Positions 36,496 through 51,344 of a DNA stretch of 64,000 bases are shown here, in pieces. Positions within the stretch are counted from its first letter, which is position 1. Each line of letters begins with the position of its first letter. The notes beneath the pieces were generated by a model. It ran no database searches and was not told the origin of the DNA. It saw only the letters and a list, made by a program, of their open reading frames with translations. Position numbers and translations under genes: made by a program. The stretch lies in contig NC_087436.1 in NCBI RefSeq assembly GCF_036321535.1, positions 36,148,001 to 36,212,000 on the forward strand, given 5' to 3'. The stretch is from Camelus dromedarius. Lineage: Eukaryota.

Positions 36496-36681
36496 TCAGC
36501 TCTTAGCAGACATTGGAAGAAAAAGTATAGCTTTCTGCCCAGGTCCTGTTTTGGGTCCAAGTTTGTACTGCCCAGTTCGTTTCAGTGCCACATACCAACT
36601 GGAGTATTTCCTTGACCGGTAAGTATTGTAGTTATTAGATTCCAATCGTTCAAAAAAGAAACACTCGTCTGTAACACATTT
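36496..36681 (-). CDS. FGF2: FGF2 exon 3 coding part (KCVTDECFFFERLESNNYNTYRSRKYSSWYVALKRTGQYKLGPKTGPGQKAILFLPMSAKS-stop)
   Basis: Matches the basic FGF C-terminus; ttttcag acceptor; TGA at 36496-36498. Confidence 0.99.
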   Translation of the reverse strand, partial: KCVTDECFFFERLESNNYNTYRSRKYSSWYVALKRTGQYKLGPKTGPGQKAILFLPMSAKS

Positions 36682-37945
36682 CTGAAAAATAAAGGAAAAA
36701 TCAGTAGTTATTATTCTTTTCATAATAAATATTTGATGACAATACACAGTGCTTTGGGTTTAGCAGACAATCAAACTAAAGTGAGACAGGCCAAAATCTG
36801 ACACGACCTAATTCTGCAGGAAGAGCAGGATGGGAGCACAGCATGTCAGCAGGACAACTTCAAGCACACCTCTCCAGAGGAGCAGTCCAAGGACCATTCT
36901 TCGCCCCACAGGTCAGGTGTAGTATAGGAACCACAGCAGTTCAGACTTGAAACATCCCATGTATGTAGATTTTAGTGTCCCCACAAAGAGGTATATACAT
37001 CCAGTAACAAGCAGCACGCTCCATTGAGGGAAACCCAAAGCAGTAGCTTCTGCTTAGGTATTTACGGCCCATACAACCCCTCTCAGTCTAGTGATGAAAC
37101 ACTCCTGGAACTACAACCCAGGGGTAACCTTCCCATAAAGAAAGGTTTTATTCGTACGTTGCTCACAGAAACAATTCCTTAAATTTGAACAAATGTTTCT
37201 AGTGACTAACTAATGTTGGTTCTAAGGCATAAAAAGAATATTGTAGAGAAAATAGCTAATGTATATAATGCCGAAAATTGTACTGGAACATTATAATATG
37301 GTTAGCATTCTCAAAATCAGTAGATAATGAATAAGTAATGTAGACCCCATTGGTTTCTGGCAGTCTTTCTTGTGGGAAGGGAAACTACCCTGCCATTTTA
37401 CGTCAACTATGTAGCAGAGGGGGAAAAACAGCTAGCTTTACAAGTAGTTAGACCTGGAAATACTATTACAAGTAATGGAGTCCAAAATAGGCTGCCACAT
37501 TATTTCAGGTAAATGTTCAAAAGTCAGTTTCACAAGGGGGCACGTGATACTTAACCTCTGGCACGGGAGTAGTCAACAAACGACCATGCTTTAAGGAAAG
37601 AGAGGAAATATTTTTTTATGTTACAATTAGATGAGAATGATCAACTCATAGAATACCATATATATTTACACATCTCTCCACATGTAAATATAACGTGTAC
37701 ATAGATATAACATGAATCTATGGTTTTGTATTAATGAGCATATCAGATTCCAACTAATTCCTATATATTCAAGTCTAAGAAACCAGGTTTGGGGAAGTCC
37801 ACATTCAAGACTGGAGTATTTTCCCAGATTTTGGTTCTAAGATAAACTAAACAATGGCACAAAGTGTGAGAAAAACACCAGTAAGCAAAACAATGAAAAG
37901 AGATGGCATAATAACCAAAATGTTTTAAAAGTAAAGGACTGAGAA

Positions 37946-40123
37946 GGAAACATAATACTTAATAAAAGATACCTATGACAGACCCACAGCCAACATAGGG
38001 AAAAGTTGAAAAGAAAGCTTTCCCACTAAAATCTAGAACAAGACAAGGATGCGCACTCACCCCTTCTATTCAACATAGTATTTGAAGCACTAGCTACAGC
38101 AATCAGAAAAAAGGGATCAAAATTGGAAGGGAAGAGGTAGAATGTCACTATATGCAGACAACATGATACTATATATAGAAAACCCTGAAGACTCCACAAA
38201 AATGACTAGAGCTTACAAACAAATTCAGCAAGGTAGCAGGTTACAAGATGAACGTACAGAAATCTGTTGCATTTCTTTACACTAATAATGAAATATCAAA
38301 AAAAAATTTTTAAACCACTTTAAAAATTGCATTAAAAAAAACTTAGGAATAAACCTGACCAAGGAGGTGAAAGGCTTATACACTGAGAACTCTAAAACAC
38401 TAATAAGGAAATTAAAGATGATTTAAAGAAATGGAAAGGTATCCCATGCTCTTGGATCAGAAGAATTAATACTGTTAGAATTGGGCATACTACCGAAAGC
38501 AATCTACAGATTTAATGTGCTCCCTATCAAACTACCCAGGACATTTTCCGCAGAAATAGAACAAATAATTATAAAATTTATATGGCATCACAAAAGACCC
38601 AGAATTGCCAAAGCAACACTGAAGAAAAAGAACAAAGCTGGAGGCATAATTCTCACAGAATTAAATCAATACTACAGAGCTACAGTAATTAAAACAGTGT
38701 GGTATTGGCACAAAAAGACATGGACCAATGGAACAGAATAGAGAGCCCAAGAATAAACCCACACACCTACAATCAATTGGTCTTTGACAAAAGAGGGAAG
38801 AATACACAATGGAGAAAAGAGTCTCTGACTAGTGGTGCTGGGAAAGCTGGATAGCCTCATGTAACCAATGAAGCTAGAGCACTCCCTCACACTATATACA
38901 AAAATAACTCAAAATGGCTTAAAGACTAAGTATAAGACAGGACACCGTAAGTCTGGAAGAAAACATAGGCAAAACATTTTCTGACATAATCAGCAATGTT
39001 TTTCTAGGTCAGTCTACTGAGGCAAAAATAAACCAATGGGACCTAATCAAACTTACAAAGAAAAGGAAACCATCAACAAAACAAAAAGACAACCTTGAAT
39101 ATAGGAGAAAATATTTGCAAATGATGCAACTGACAAGGGCTTGATTTCCAGAATATATAAACAGCTTACACAACTCAGTAACAAACAAAAAAAAAAAAAA
39201 AAATCAAAAAATGAGCAGAAGACCTAAACAGACATTTCTCCAAAGAAGACATATAGATGGCCAATAGGCACATTAAAAGATGCTTAATATTGCTAATTAT
39301 CAGAGAAATGCAAATCAAAACTACAATAAAGTATCATCTCACACAGGTCAGAACAGCTATCATTTAAAAGTCTACAAACAAGAAATGCTGGAGAGGATGT
39401 GGAGAAAAGGGAACCCTCCTACACTGCTGTTGGGACTATAATTTAGTGCAGCCACTATACCAAACAGTATGGAGATTCCTTAAAAAAATTAGTTACCATA
39501 TGATCCAGCAGTCCCACTCCTAGGCATATATCCAGAGGAAACTAATTCAAAAAGATACATGCACTCCAGTGTCCATAGCAACACTATTTACAATAGCCAA
39601 GACATGGAAGCAACCTAAATGTCCATCGACAAATGAATGGATAAAGAAGCTGTGGTATATTTATACAACAGAATACTACTCAGCCATAAAAAAGAATAAA
39701 ATAATGCCATTTGCAGCAATGTGGATGGACCTAGAGGTAATAGAAAGTGCAGTAAGTCAGAGAAAGACAAATATTACATGATATCACTTACATGTGGCAT
39801 CTAACAAAAATGAGACAAATGAACTTATTTACAAAACAAAGTGACACAGACAGAAAACAAATTTACAGTTACCAAAAGGGAAGGGAGGGAGGAAGAAATA
39901 AATGAGGAGTTTGGGATTAGCAGATACAAACCACTATATACAGAATAAACAACAAGGTCCTACTGTATAGCATAGGGAACTACATTCAGCATCTTGTAAA
40001 AACCTATCATGAAGAAGAATATATATATAAATAACTGAGTCACTATGCTGTACACCAGAAACTAAAATAAAATTATAAATCAAGTATACTTCAATTTAAA
40101 AAAAGGTTCCATTTAAAAAAAAA
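37946..40123 (+). mobile_element. 5'-truncated L1 in FGF2 intron 2 (antisense to FGF2)
   Basis: ORF2 3' fragments, canonical 3'UTR and poly(A). Perfect 19-bp TSD aaaagtaaaggactgagaa at 37927-37945 and 40124-40142. Confidence 0.95.
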
Positions 40124-41356
40124 AAAAGTAAAGGACTGAGAAAGACCTAAAAGTAAATAACATGTATCTCAGTCTAGATCTAAAGTAAGGATGTGGTGTT
40201 AGCTCCTGTAATCTGCTTCTAGAGTTAAGAATCTTACTGGCTATTTACTTGGCTTTAATATTTCGACCACTGTTAACTGCACTTTTAAAAATTGAAACAC
40301 CAACTTATCTAATTTGCTCATTTTTTTACAACTTACTAAGAAAGCAACTTAAGACTTTCTGATACAAATAAATCACAGGTAGCCTTACAAAGAAGCATAA
40401 AGACCCAGCTATACGATACACAGGACTGTCCTGTGGTGTTCAAAGAGATCCAGATGTGATAACAATGGAACACTTATTCCTAGAGTAATGTGGATATTCC
40501 ATAGCCAATACTTCCACTCTACCTTTGGTGAAATTACTGTGCTGCTTGTGTTAACTGAAGTCAACCTGTTACTTTATCTTATCATTTTTCAGTGCAATCA
40601 ATAAAAATCTTCCTTTTTCCCTATTCCAAGTTTCAGATCAGGAGTAGAAGAGTAAAAAGGAAAAGTCATGTCATCATAAAGATAACATGAAAGGGCAGCA
40701 TTGAGCTTCAGGGGCTAATTCCCCAGAAGCAGACCTAAACCACATCATTCAGTCATCCTCAGGACATTGATATGCTCATTTCTGAGTGTTCAGTCAGACC
40801 TCAGAGTGCCCCCCCTCCCCTTGCTAGCTGGCACTCCCTATGATGCTCGGCCAACTGGGATATGTAATATGCTAATAATATTTGCCTTCTCAGCCAGTTG
40901 CTAATATTTTAGAGAAAAGAAACAGTACCAGGGACTAAATGGATAATACATCATGGAACCCACAATTTTTTTTTTTTTTTTACAGAGGTTACTTGTACCT
41001 TTATACAGAGGGAAGAGAAGGGAACTGTGCATCTGTGCTGAATGCTAAGACATGTAAGTTACTAAACAGCTGTTATGCACTTGAAAACAAATTGCATTAT
41101 TTTTTTAATGAGTAATAGAACCAAAATTCAGCCTCAATAAAAGCAGGCATTTAATAGCCCCATTGTAAGGACAATTCCCAATTCCCTCCATTCTGAGTTT
41201 ACAAGTCATCTTCACCAGATGTGATCTCAGTGTTCCTGTTAAAAATTGATGCAATGTAATTTTATATTTATAAAGATATTTACAGAGCTTTTTTCTTATT
41301 CTCAATGTTTAACAGCTCGCCATTTCAAACTTGAGAAAAGGGGCTCTTCAGAGGAA

Positions 41357-41375
41357 TGACGTCACAGAGGAAGTG
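41357..41375. promoter_or_regulatory. Candidate enhancer core: palindromic CRE (TGACGTCA) adjacent to an ETS/PU.1-type site (AGAGGAAGTG)
   Basis: Both consensus motifs, 1 nt apart, in non-repetitive intron sequence; motif evidence only. Confidence 0.4.
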
Positions 41376-41689
41376 GATATGTAGCTTCTAAAGGTTTTTA
41401 GTGTGCCTTGCCTTCCAGGCCCTATTCTGTATAGGCCCAGGAGCTGGGAAATCCCATAATTCAAAGTTACTGAGTGCTTTCATGCACATCATTGTATTTA
41501 AATACAACAATCCTGTGACATAATTATCATATACTCATTAACAAATGTGGAATCTAAAACTCAAGGCTCTTAGTAACTTATTTCAGATTGTGGACACCCT
41601 TTGCCCATGTATCTGACACCTTTTCATCAAATTAAATTTTTTTTTTAATTTAAGGATAATTTTGGGATACAGAAAGCACACAGTTCAAG

Positions 41690-42620
41690 TAATGCATTTA
41701 TTCATTTAACATATATTTTTTCTTCTAGGCACTGGGATACATCAGTGAACAAAACTGAACAAGGATTCCTGCCTTTGTGCCACTCAGATTCTTACTGGGG
41801 GAGAAACACAATAAACAATAAGCATAACTAAGTAAATTATATGTGAAAATATAATAAATCCTATGGGAAAAAGTAAAGTTGAGTAGGATAAGAGGGATTG
41901 GGAAGGTGGGGGTACAGATTAGGCTGCAATGTTAAATAGCACAGCCACAACAGGCTCCACTGGGACAGCGACATTTGAGCCCAAACTTGAAGGAGGTCCC
42001 AGGATCAGAGCAGAGTATTCCAAGCAGAGCAGGGAAAGCCAGGGTGAAAACCCTACAACAGGATCACGTCTAGAGTGTGCGAAGGGCAGCGAGACGGCCA
42101 GTGTGCGTGAGCAGAAGGTATGAAGGGAAAGGGGTAGGAAATGAGGTCAGACAGGTCAGGAGACAGATTTGTAAGCAACTGTACATATTTTGGCTCCCAT
42201 CCTGAGAAAATGAAAAGCCATTATAGGTGTTTGAGCAGAAAAGTGGCATGATCCAACATTTTTCCAAGGATTACTCTGGCTGTCAAGATTACTCTGGGCC
42301 AAAAGCAGATATAGAGACACCCGTTAGAGGCTTGCTCAGTAACCCAGGCAGAGTGGAGACTGCAACCCCAGTGGCAGCAGCAGAGATGGTAAAAAGCTGT
42401 CTGCTTCTGGATATATTTGAAGGTAGAGTCAACGAAGTTTCCTTATAGATCGATGCACGGTGTGAAAGAAACAGAGGAATCAAGGATGGCACTTAAATCT
42501 ATGTTCTAAATGATAGACTTGCTGAGATGGGGAAGGGAAGGCTATGAGAGGGAACAGGTATAAGGAAAGATTAGGAATTCACGTTTGGACATGCTGAGTT
42601 TGAGATGAACATTAGATGTC
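41690..42620 (-). mobile_element. LINE-2 fragment
   Basis: atttattcattt...ctaggcactgggatacatcagtgaacaaaac...gagatggggaag...tttggacatgctgagtttgagatg, typical of the L2 3' region. Confidence 0.75.
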
Positions 42621-43149
42621 TTACTGGAGGTATTTACTGAGCACATACTATGCAACAGACCTATCACTTAAGCTTCTTTCCTTCTCACTAATGCTAATAA
42701 ACTACAGAATTGGAACTTGAAAAGTACTAATTTATTTGGAATGCTAGAAAGTGTGTTAAGTTCCAATAAGCCATTATTCTCCATCCTAAAAGGTATGGAA
42801 TCTAAAAAATGAATGTAGATGTCACCTGTATGAGAGTAACATAAATCTGTCACGTGCCAGCGGGGGGCCCTACCTCAAGGCTTCCCTGAAGGCTGTCCAC
42901 ATGAACCAGCTCAGCTCCGGGTCCAATAGCCTTTTGTTGACACTGATAACAATTATGCTAATGATTTTAAAGATGATGCTGGGAGTTGAACCTACCCTTG
43001 TAGGGGTGTCTGAATAGGGAAGAATTAAATAGAATTTGAAAAAGCATAATCAGCACTTTAAATACTTCGATTTGTATTTTGTCTAGATATTTAATTTACC
43101 TTGAAATTTCAAAAAGAAAGTAAATTAATGTGAGATATTTATACATATT

Positions 43150-44410
43150 GAAAAACATCCTAGGAGATGGTAGGAACCAGGTTTCTCACTACTGGAGTGG
43201 GAAGAAACAGAAAAGCCAGAGGGGAAGGCTAAAATGGTTCATGTGATACTGGTAGATTAGGACTGAATACATAGTATATACTCATTTTTAGCTTAATACA
43301 GATATTTGAATATAGAAATATTTATAGATATACCCAGGTTAGTATATGCCTGTATTCCTTGCTCTATCAGGTAAAACAGGGCCTGGACACAAACACACCT
43401 CAGTAGCAACAAACACACCCAGATCTTGCTTTCTAATACCATTTCCAACAGAAGGAACTAAGGCTTCTTAGAGAAATGGCTTATTCTAGGCTGGAGTAGG
43501 GAATATACAAAATAAGCCTGGAGCATCTTATGGTCCATGAAGTAAAGAAGTGCTCAAAAAAAACCCACACTGATTGGGGTATGTTTTTAAAGAGTACAGG
43601 AGCCAACTGAAAAAGCTCCCAGTAGCCAAAGCTGAAACAGTGTGAACAACAAAATAACACACTGTTAGATTATAATCCAAAGTATAAAACATCCATGAGT
43701 ATATACAGATACTCATGACTCAATAAATAAATGGAGATTAGACAAATTTCTCACACAAAAGAATTCCAAATAATTAATGGAGATACTCCCTCCTCAAGGA
43801 GGAGCATAATTCCACCCCCACCCACCCCACACACACAATCTCTTAAATATGGACTGTGTATAGTGACTTGCTTCCAAAGAATACAGTATGGAAAGGTGAG
43901 GCTGGGAGCAGCTTTGCAGCTGGGGAGACAAACACTACCTCAGCCAGATAATCAAGGCTATTGCTGTCGGTAGTAAGCACGTTCCCCTACATGATGTGAT
44001 GCAAACAGTACTTAACTTCCGTGACCTCCCTCCCAAACAATCACAACCCCTGTCTAATCACAAGAACACCAGGCAAATCCAAATTGAAGGACACTAAAAA
44101 GGACCTGACCAGCACTCCTCAAACTGTCAAAGTAATCAAAAAAAAAAGTAAAGTCTAGGAGACAGAATGACTGAATGTGGGATCCTGAATGGATTCCTGG
44201 AACAGAAAAAGGACACTAGGTAAAAACTAAGGAAATATGAATAAAGTATGAACTTTAGCTAATGATGATGTATCAGTATTGCTTCATTAGCTGTAACAAG
44301 TGTACCGTATTAAAGTAACATGCTGATAATAGGAGACACTGGGTGCGGAATATGTAGAAACTCTCCATAGAATCTTCACAACTTTTCTGTAAACCTAAAA
44401 CTATTCTAAA
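43150..44410 (+). mobile_element. Ancient L1 (L1MC/L1MD-type) 3' region
   Basis: gagaaatggcttattctaggctggag...ggattcctggaacagaaaaaggacactagg...aacttttctgtaaacctaaaactattctaaaa. Confidence 0.7.
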
Positions 44411-44939
44411 ATCAAGATTTATTTTTTAAAAACCCTGACCTTAGGGCTACAAGTATGACCACACGAAAAGAATCCCTCAAGTAACTGAATTTAATAACCC
44501 TAGTTATACTATGAAGAATAAAAGCATCTCATTTATTTTTATGCTCTACAACATGCAAATACAGATCATTTATTTATATATACATATCAATTTTATTCCA
44601 CCAGACTATAAATGCCATGTGGGTGGAGATTTTCCTCTATTGTTTTCCTCCTCTTCTATTGCTGTACCAGAGCCTGGCACATAGTAAGTGATCAGCAACT
44701 ATTTACTAAATTAAAGAATAAATGAAACTGTTTCAGATAGGCTACAGTAAAAACACCACTCAATGGCCCTGCAACATCTAAATAAGAACTAGAGAACTAA
44801 GACCAAGGAAAATCCAGACTAAGAACTGAAATAGAGAACACAGCCTAACTTTATGCACTATTTAGTCTCTGAGGAAACTAAGCCCGATGGCCCACTGCAA
44901 GAGTTCGACTCTCCTGACGACATCTGTGAGGATCTCTGA

Positions 44940-45080
44940 TGAGCCAGGAGGCCTGGGCTCCACTCTTGCCTTGATCCCTAACTTATATCTTTGAGCAAGT
45001 CGCCTAACCTCTCTGAGCCTTCCTTTTCTCATCTGTAAAACAAAATGGGATTAGATGATCTTTAAGATCCCTCCCAATCT
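44940..45080 (+). mobile_element. MIR fragment
   Basis: gagcaagtcgcctaacctctctgagccttccttttctcatctgtaaaa. Confidence 0.7.
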
Positions 45081-48000
45081 TTAACAATTTTTAAAACTTT
45101 AAGACAATCTTTAAGCCATGGCATAAGAAAAGAAATAAGAAACTCAAGTAAATTCTCCTCCCCGTCCCCACCTCCTTTCCTTATGCACTGGCCTCACAAT
45201 TCTCATCAACTGCTATAAATATTAGATTTGACCCTCCTGACCATTCCCCCATGTTCTGTTTTTTGGACTGTTTATTCCTTTACAGTAGTTTGATTTTGCA
45301 GTTTTGGCTTATGAGGGAGTTTGCTCAACATGAATCCAAAAATGCTTTTGCTTACACCACTTCTGGGAATTAAAAACAGACATGATATAAGTATCAGTGC
45401 TGACTATTTCAGAACAAAATAAGACACAAATTGTGAAAAGTTAAAAGTAAATTTTATCTTCATATTGTAATATAAATAGGTTGCTGTAATATATAAGATT
45501 AGTATCTAAAGGAAGCAATGATTCTTATTAAGCACTAATCTTTGCATTTAATATTTTATCTTTTAAAATGATATACATTCCTCTTTAATTACTGCATTTT
45601 TCTGAAAAATTTGATCAGTATATATTGCCAGTCTGGATAAGTGAACCCTCAAAAACCTGTTTTCCCTACTTTTCTATGTGTAGAAGTTTCATTTCATAAG
45701 GTGCCTTAACTGAGAAAGTTATTTGATAAGTAAGAATTTTACATTTACAGTAATTAAATGTATCCTCAGAGAACATAAACAATTTTTGCATGTATTTTAT
45801 GGGTCAACACAAATCACACATTCTAATACTGAGGTATTTTGCTCAGTTTATCACAATCTTTTGCATAACATAGAAAACAATGTGCAATTTTGTAGCAGAT
45901 GAAGACAGGTAAATATTTTCATACCAATGCTAACACTGAGGTTCTTTGGTGATTTCAGCTTCAAACTACAGTTAACCTCACTATATGCAATTTTTGAACA
46001 CTGAAGAAATCACAAGTCCTAATATTTGTTCTGGGCTTCTGTTGCTCATAGCAACAAAATTTATCTTGCTGTGGAATGGAATAAGGAGTCTGTTGTGTAT
46101 TAAAGTACTCAGCTTCGGCCTCCAAATTTAGGTTTTGGCAGATAAACATAGTTACTTTTTGAACTTTGTATTTTTCTAACTTCGAAGAGGGGGAAAGACC
46201 CTTAAGAAATGTTTCAAACAGTGAGAAATCCTTAGCCTGAATGCATTCATGCTATTAATATGTAAAGGTGTTGGAGGGAAAAAATGGTACAGAACTTAGA
46301 CTTTGTTAATACTCAAGTGGTAGTAATCAACCTAACGTGACTCTTAGAAACCAAAACGTGTTACGTATCCAGAGCACTATTCTTTCTGAGGGGAGACTGT
46401 GATGTTTCACCAGTGCAGGAATCGCACACAGGGCAAAATGCACAAGAACCCAGGGATGTGCCGTAGCTCAGCAGTCTGCAGTGGGGCCCCGCAGAAGAAG
46501 AGTGGGAAGACTTATGCCTTTGGCAAGTGCAAGTTCATAAACCCAAGTTTCTCCAAGTAAATGGGACATCTGCCTGCCCAAATGATGGCTACTGGTCATG
46601 ACACTGGACTTACACCCAAAGTTACTATGGATTGTTTTGTTTTTCTTTTCTATATGCCAGTTGTCTCTTCCTGAGTGAGGTCCCTGCTGACATCCCCAGC
46701 TATGGTGTCTTTCACCATCAGTGATTCATCTCAACCCATTTAATGCTGGCACAGGTGACACTAATAGCCAAGGGTCAAGACTTTTAATTTCTTACCTGAA
46801 AGTTGCTGTTTTTGACAGCTCAGCACCTATGGATCTGACTCAGAGAGAAATACGCCACAACTGAACCACAAACAACCACCTCCTTGGTTCTGGGGTAAAG
46901 ATACTTACTTTTACACCTGAAACTAGACACAGCCCACCCAGACTAATCTGAAAGAGGATAGCTGCTGAAAAGGCAAGGCAGCAAGTCACACAAATTGAAT
47001 GGGAAGACTAGAGATTAACTCGTGAACTTGGCAGGAACAGATCCCATGACGGGAGCTGGAACAGCTGGATCTTGGCTGGTGCCATTCCTCAAAGGAAACT
47101 GATAAATCCTGAATTTTCCATTTATGTGTAACAGCTGTGTCTTTGTCCCTACAGAGAGTTTGTGATAAATTTCTAAGTGTTGCTAAATTAACTCTTACTA
47201 CATCAGCTTGAAGGAAATCTGTTGTATCAGAAGAACTAACACACATCCCAGGGATAGAAATATATTTAAGACTAAACTAAGTAAAATGCTGTGACCTTAA
47301 TCTTGTGAAGGGTTCTACTTAGCTAAGAAAGAAACTAGAAAACAGTTTATTTTAGAGCACTTTATGCTTCTGATAGTACAGAATCAAGAGTTTGGGAAGC
47401 TTAATGCCTGTTTACCAGAAGAGGTCAGAATTCTCGGAATTCTAACGTGTAGAGAAATCTGTAAGAATGAGAAGACCGTTCAGTTTTCAGGTCAGTTGTC
47501 TTAAATTATCTCCTCTGTTATGGACCCCAGTAGTTTCAGGGGTGCACTTTAGAGTAGCTTCTGTTTTCATCACTTTTGACAATTAGGAAGCTTTTTGTTG
47601 TTCTCAAGACAAATGACCCCTCCAATGACCACCTTGCAGGGCCACTGTGATTACTTGGTTACTGGATCTTCTCGTCTCAGTAAGTAGAAAACCACAAGGT
47701 AACAATTTCAAGTCACTCACTAAACCAGATTAAGACAGACACAGCAAAGTCTAGAGCTTTAAAACCATTCTGACTAGTGTCAATGTGACTAGTCTTGCCC
47801 ACAGTTATGACAGAAGCAAACGCTGTATGCATTCTCCTTGCTTTTCTCCGCCACCTTTACTGACAGTTGCCAAATCAACACTACTGTAGAAGACATCATG
47901 ATTCCCACTGTATGTGTTTTGTCACATCTTGAGGTGAGAAGAGTAGGGTTAAACCCCTCTTCTTCTCTCTACAAGATCAAGGTCATCCAAAATTACCCAC

Positions 48001-48169
48001 TATTTCACTGTTCTGGAAATATTTAAAATGCCACTTCAATAGATTCCCCAAGTATGGCATCACCCCTTGAGTTGACAACAGACTGGTAGGAAAGAAAGAC
48101 AAGAACAGTGGAAGAAGTCAAAGTCCCAAGGAGTCAGTCCTTTACAGCTTTATTTTTTTGCCTAGGAAA

Positions 48170-48900
48170 CCTCAGCCATTCCTTCCCCTGATTTAACTGC
48201 TACCTGTACGCCAATGACACCCAGATCAACATACCCGCACAGACCCCTCCAGGCTGCAGACCCATAATCCCAGTGGTGTAGTGAGCGTCTTCACCTCAAT
48301 TTCTCTTGGGCAACTCAAACTAGAGAAGACTAAATCTGAACCTGTATTACTTTTTCTCAGAACTTGCTTTTCTCCTCTTCCCCGTTTCTCATCCAAAATA
48401 GAAACCTACATGTCAGCTTTGACTTCTCCCCCTCCTCAGTCTGATCAGCCTCAGTGCCAGACTTTACTCCATCCCCTCCGTTCTGTTATTGCCAGGTTCT
48501 CATTATCACTTGCTTGGTGTCTTACAGGGCCTTCTAACTGGTCTGTGTCCACCAGTCCTGGCCCCCTCAAATCCATCCTCTACGCTACTGCCAGAGAGAT
48601 CTTTCTCTAATTCAAATCTGATTGTGTCTCTTCTTAAATCTCTTCACGGCTTCCCACTGCTGACAGCAGTATGGTGTAGAAGGCACATATCATAATACTT
48701 CTTGCCTTTCCTAGATTACTGTGCATGTCTGCAAGATATAGAAGGAACACACCAAACCCCTTACACATTATTACAAATACTTACTTACACTTCTGCCTCC
48801 TGGACTGTCACTCATTAAAGGCACAGGCAATTCTGTATTCAGTTTGATAACCCTGATGCCTAGCATAGATACCATCTAGTACACTGTATACTCAAAAGAT
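48170..48900 (+). mobile_element. Degenerate LINE-2 fragment
   Basis: caactcaaac..., cttctaactggtct..., ccagagagatctttctctaattcaaatctgattgtgtc, L2-like motifs. Confidence 0.55.
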
Positions 48901-49904
48901 ATCCGCTATTCTTGAAGAGGGTTCCAAGATTTATTCAACTTCAAAAAGGAGGAGAGAGAGAGCACCACCACACCCAGATTTATTTATCCTGCAAAACTCA
49001 CACGCATATAATATCAATATAAATATACCTTGTCAGATAATCCGTCAAATGGTTGAATATTCCTTTTCTCTGAAGTCTGTTTTAGTCCCTTCAGAAATCC
49101 AAAGGTCTTCACTCAGAAAAAATTTCCAAAAACTATCTGTATAGCACAAAACACCACAACTGCCCAGTACTGCTACATCACTTCTGTGGGGAAGGTTACA
49201 GAGTGCTTATAACTGGCTACTGGTATTGGAATTATGACTGTGGTTTGTGTATATTTGTGTGTATGTATGTGTGTGTGTGTATGTATGTATATATACACAT
49301 ACATACACACACCCTCTTAGGTACATGTCTTATCTACTCCCCCAAAGAGACAGAAGTGGATCTGTGTCCTGTTTACCACTCTACTCCCTATATCATTCCC
49401 CACAGTGTCTGCTCAACAGACATACAATCCCAGTTATAATAATGAGGCATTAATTAATAAGAGTACTGGCCAGGAGCTAGGATCCCAACTGCTGTGATTA
49501 AGAGGTGAAAAAAGAAAAGTCCTTGTCCTTAATGAGCTTATATATAAATGAGAAGTAATATGAGGAGGAAGTAACAATTTTGGCACTTGACATAAATTAA
49601 GTTACCCCTCACAAAAACTGTAAGATAGGATCATTACTGTCTCTACTCTGTAGGTGAGGGAACTAACGCAGAATAATTTGCCCAAGAACACACGCCTCGT
49701 AAGTGGCAGAGCAAGCATCTGTACCTAGGTTGGGAGCCCGCGTTCTCAATTAGTAGTCTATACTGCAAGTGGTTTTGTTATGTCAAATTTGAAAGAAGCA
49801 GCTTAAAAACTGAACATTTTTATATTTCCATCCCAATGATCTTCAGACAACTGCAAAATATAAGGAGGTTTTTTTTTTTTAAACTGTTATTTCATAGCTT
49901 TGCA

Positions 49905-50125
49905 GAGAAGGCAGTAAAGTGCACTGAATTAGAGTTCGTGCTCTGCAGTCCAGACCGCCTGGCGTGCCACCCAGGCTCTGCCTCATATGAGCTGTGTTTT
50001 CTTGGTTACTTTATTACTTCCTCAGAATTTCAGTTTTTGCATCTGTGAAATAAGGAGTATAATGCTCTCTATTTTATAGGGTGAATGTGAAGATTAAATG
50101 ATGTAAAACCTGTAAAATCCTTAAT
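49905..50125 (+). mobile_element. MIR
   Basis: ccagaccgcctgg...ggctctgcc...cagtttttgcatctgtgaaataagg...gtgaagattaaatga. Confidence 0.7.
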
Positions 50126-50209
50126 AAAGACTTAATGAATACCAATACTAGTAAATTCACAGCAATAAAAGCCAACAAAGAAAAAAAACTACAAAAACAG
50201 AAAGCATTA

Positions 50210-51309
50210 TCACAAAAGATCCAGAACTGCCAAAGAAATCCTGAAGGAAAAAAAAAGAAAGCTGGAGGTATAATCCTCCAGAATGTAAACAATTCTACAG
50301 AACTACAGTAATCAAAACAGCCTGGTATTGGCAAAAAAAAAAAAAACAAACAAAAAAACAGATATATGGATTAATGGAACAGAATAGAGAGCCCAGAAAT
50401 AAACCTGCACACCTATGATCAATTAGTCTTCAACAAAAGAGGCAAAAATAACACAATGGAGAAAAGACAGTCTTTTCAGCAAGTGGTGTGGGAAAAGCTT
50501 GACAGCCTCATGTTAATCAATGAAGTTACACTCCCTCACACTATATACAAAAATAAGCTCAAAAGATTTAACATAAGCCAGGACACCATAAAACTCCTAG
50601 AAGAACACAGGAAAAACATTCTGTGACACAAATCATAGCAATGTTTTCTTAGGTCAGCCTACCAAGACAATAGAAGTTTTAAAAAAAATCTAATCAAACT
50701 GAAAAGCTTTTGCACAGCAAAGGAAACCGTCAACAAAATGAAAAGACACAGAATAGGAGAAGATATTTGCAAATGAAGCAACTGACAAAAGCTTAGTTTC
50801 CAAAATATACAAACAGCTTATACAACTCAATAATAAAAAAACAACCCAATCAAAAAAAGGGGCAGAAGACCTAAATAGACATTTCTCCAAAGAAGACATC
50901 CAGATGGCCAACAGGCACATGAAATGATGCTCAACATCACTAATTATTAGAGAAATACAAATCAAAACCACAATATGGTATCGCTCACGTTGGTCAGAAT
51001 GGCTATCATCAAAAAAAAATCTACAAATAAATGCTGGAGAGGATGTGGAGAAAAGGGAACCCTCCTATACTGTTGGTGGAAATGTAAATTGGTGCAGCCA
51101 CTGTGTTCCTTAAAAAACTAAAAACAGAGTTACCATATCCAGCAATCCCATTCCTGGGTATTTATCGGGAGGAAACCCTAGTTCAAAAAGATTCATGCAC
51201 CCCAATGTTCATAGCAACAGTATTTACAATAGCCAAGACATGAAAGCAACCTAAATGTCCATTAACAAATGAATGGATAAAGATGTGTTGCGCGCGCGCG
51301 CGCACACGC

Positions 51310-51344
<35 letters not shown>

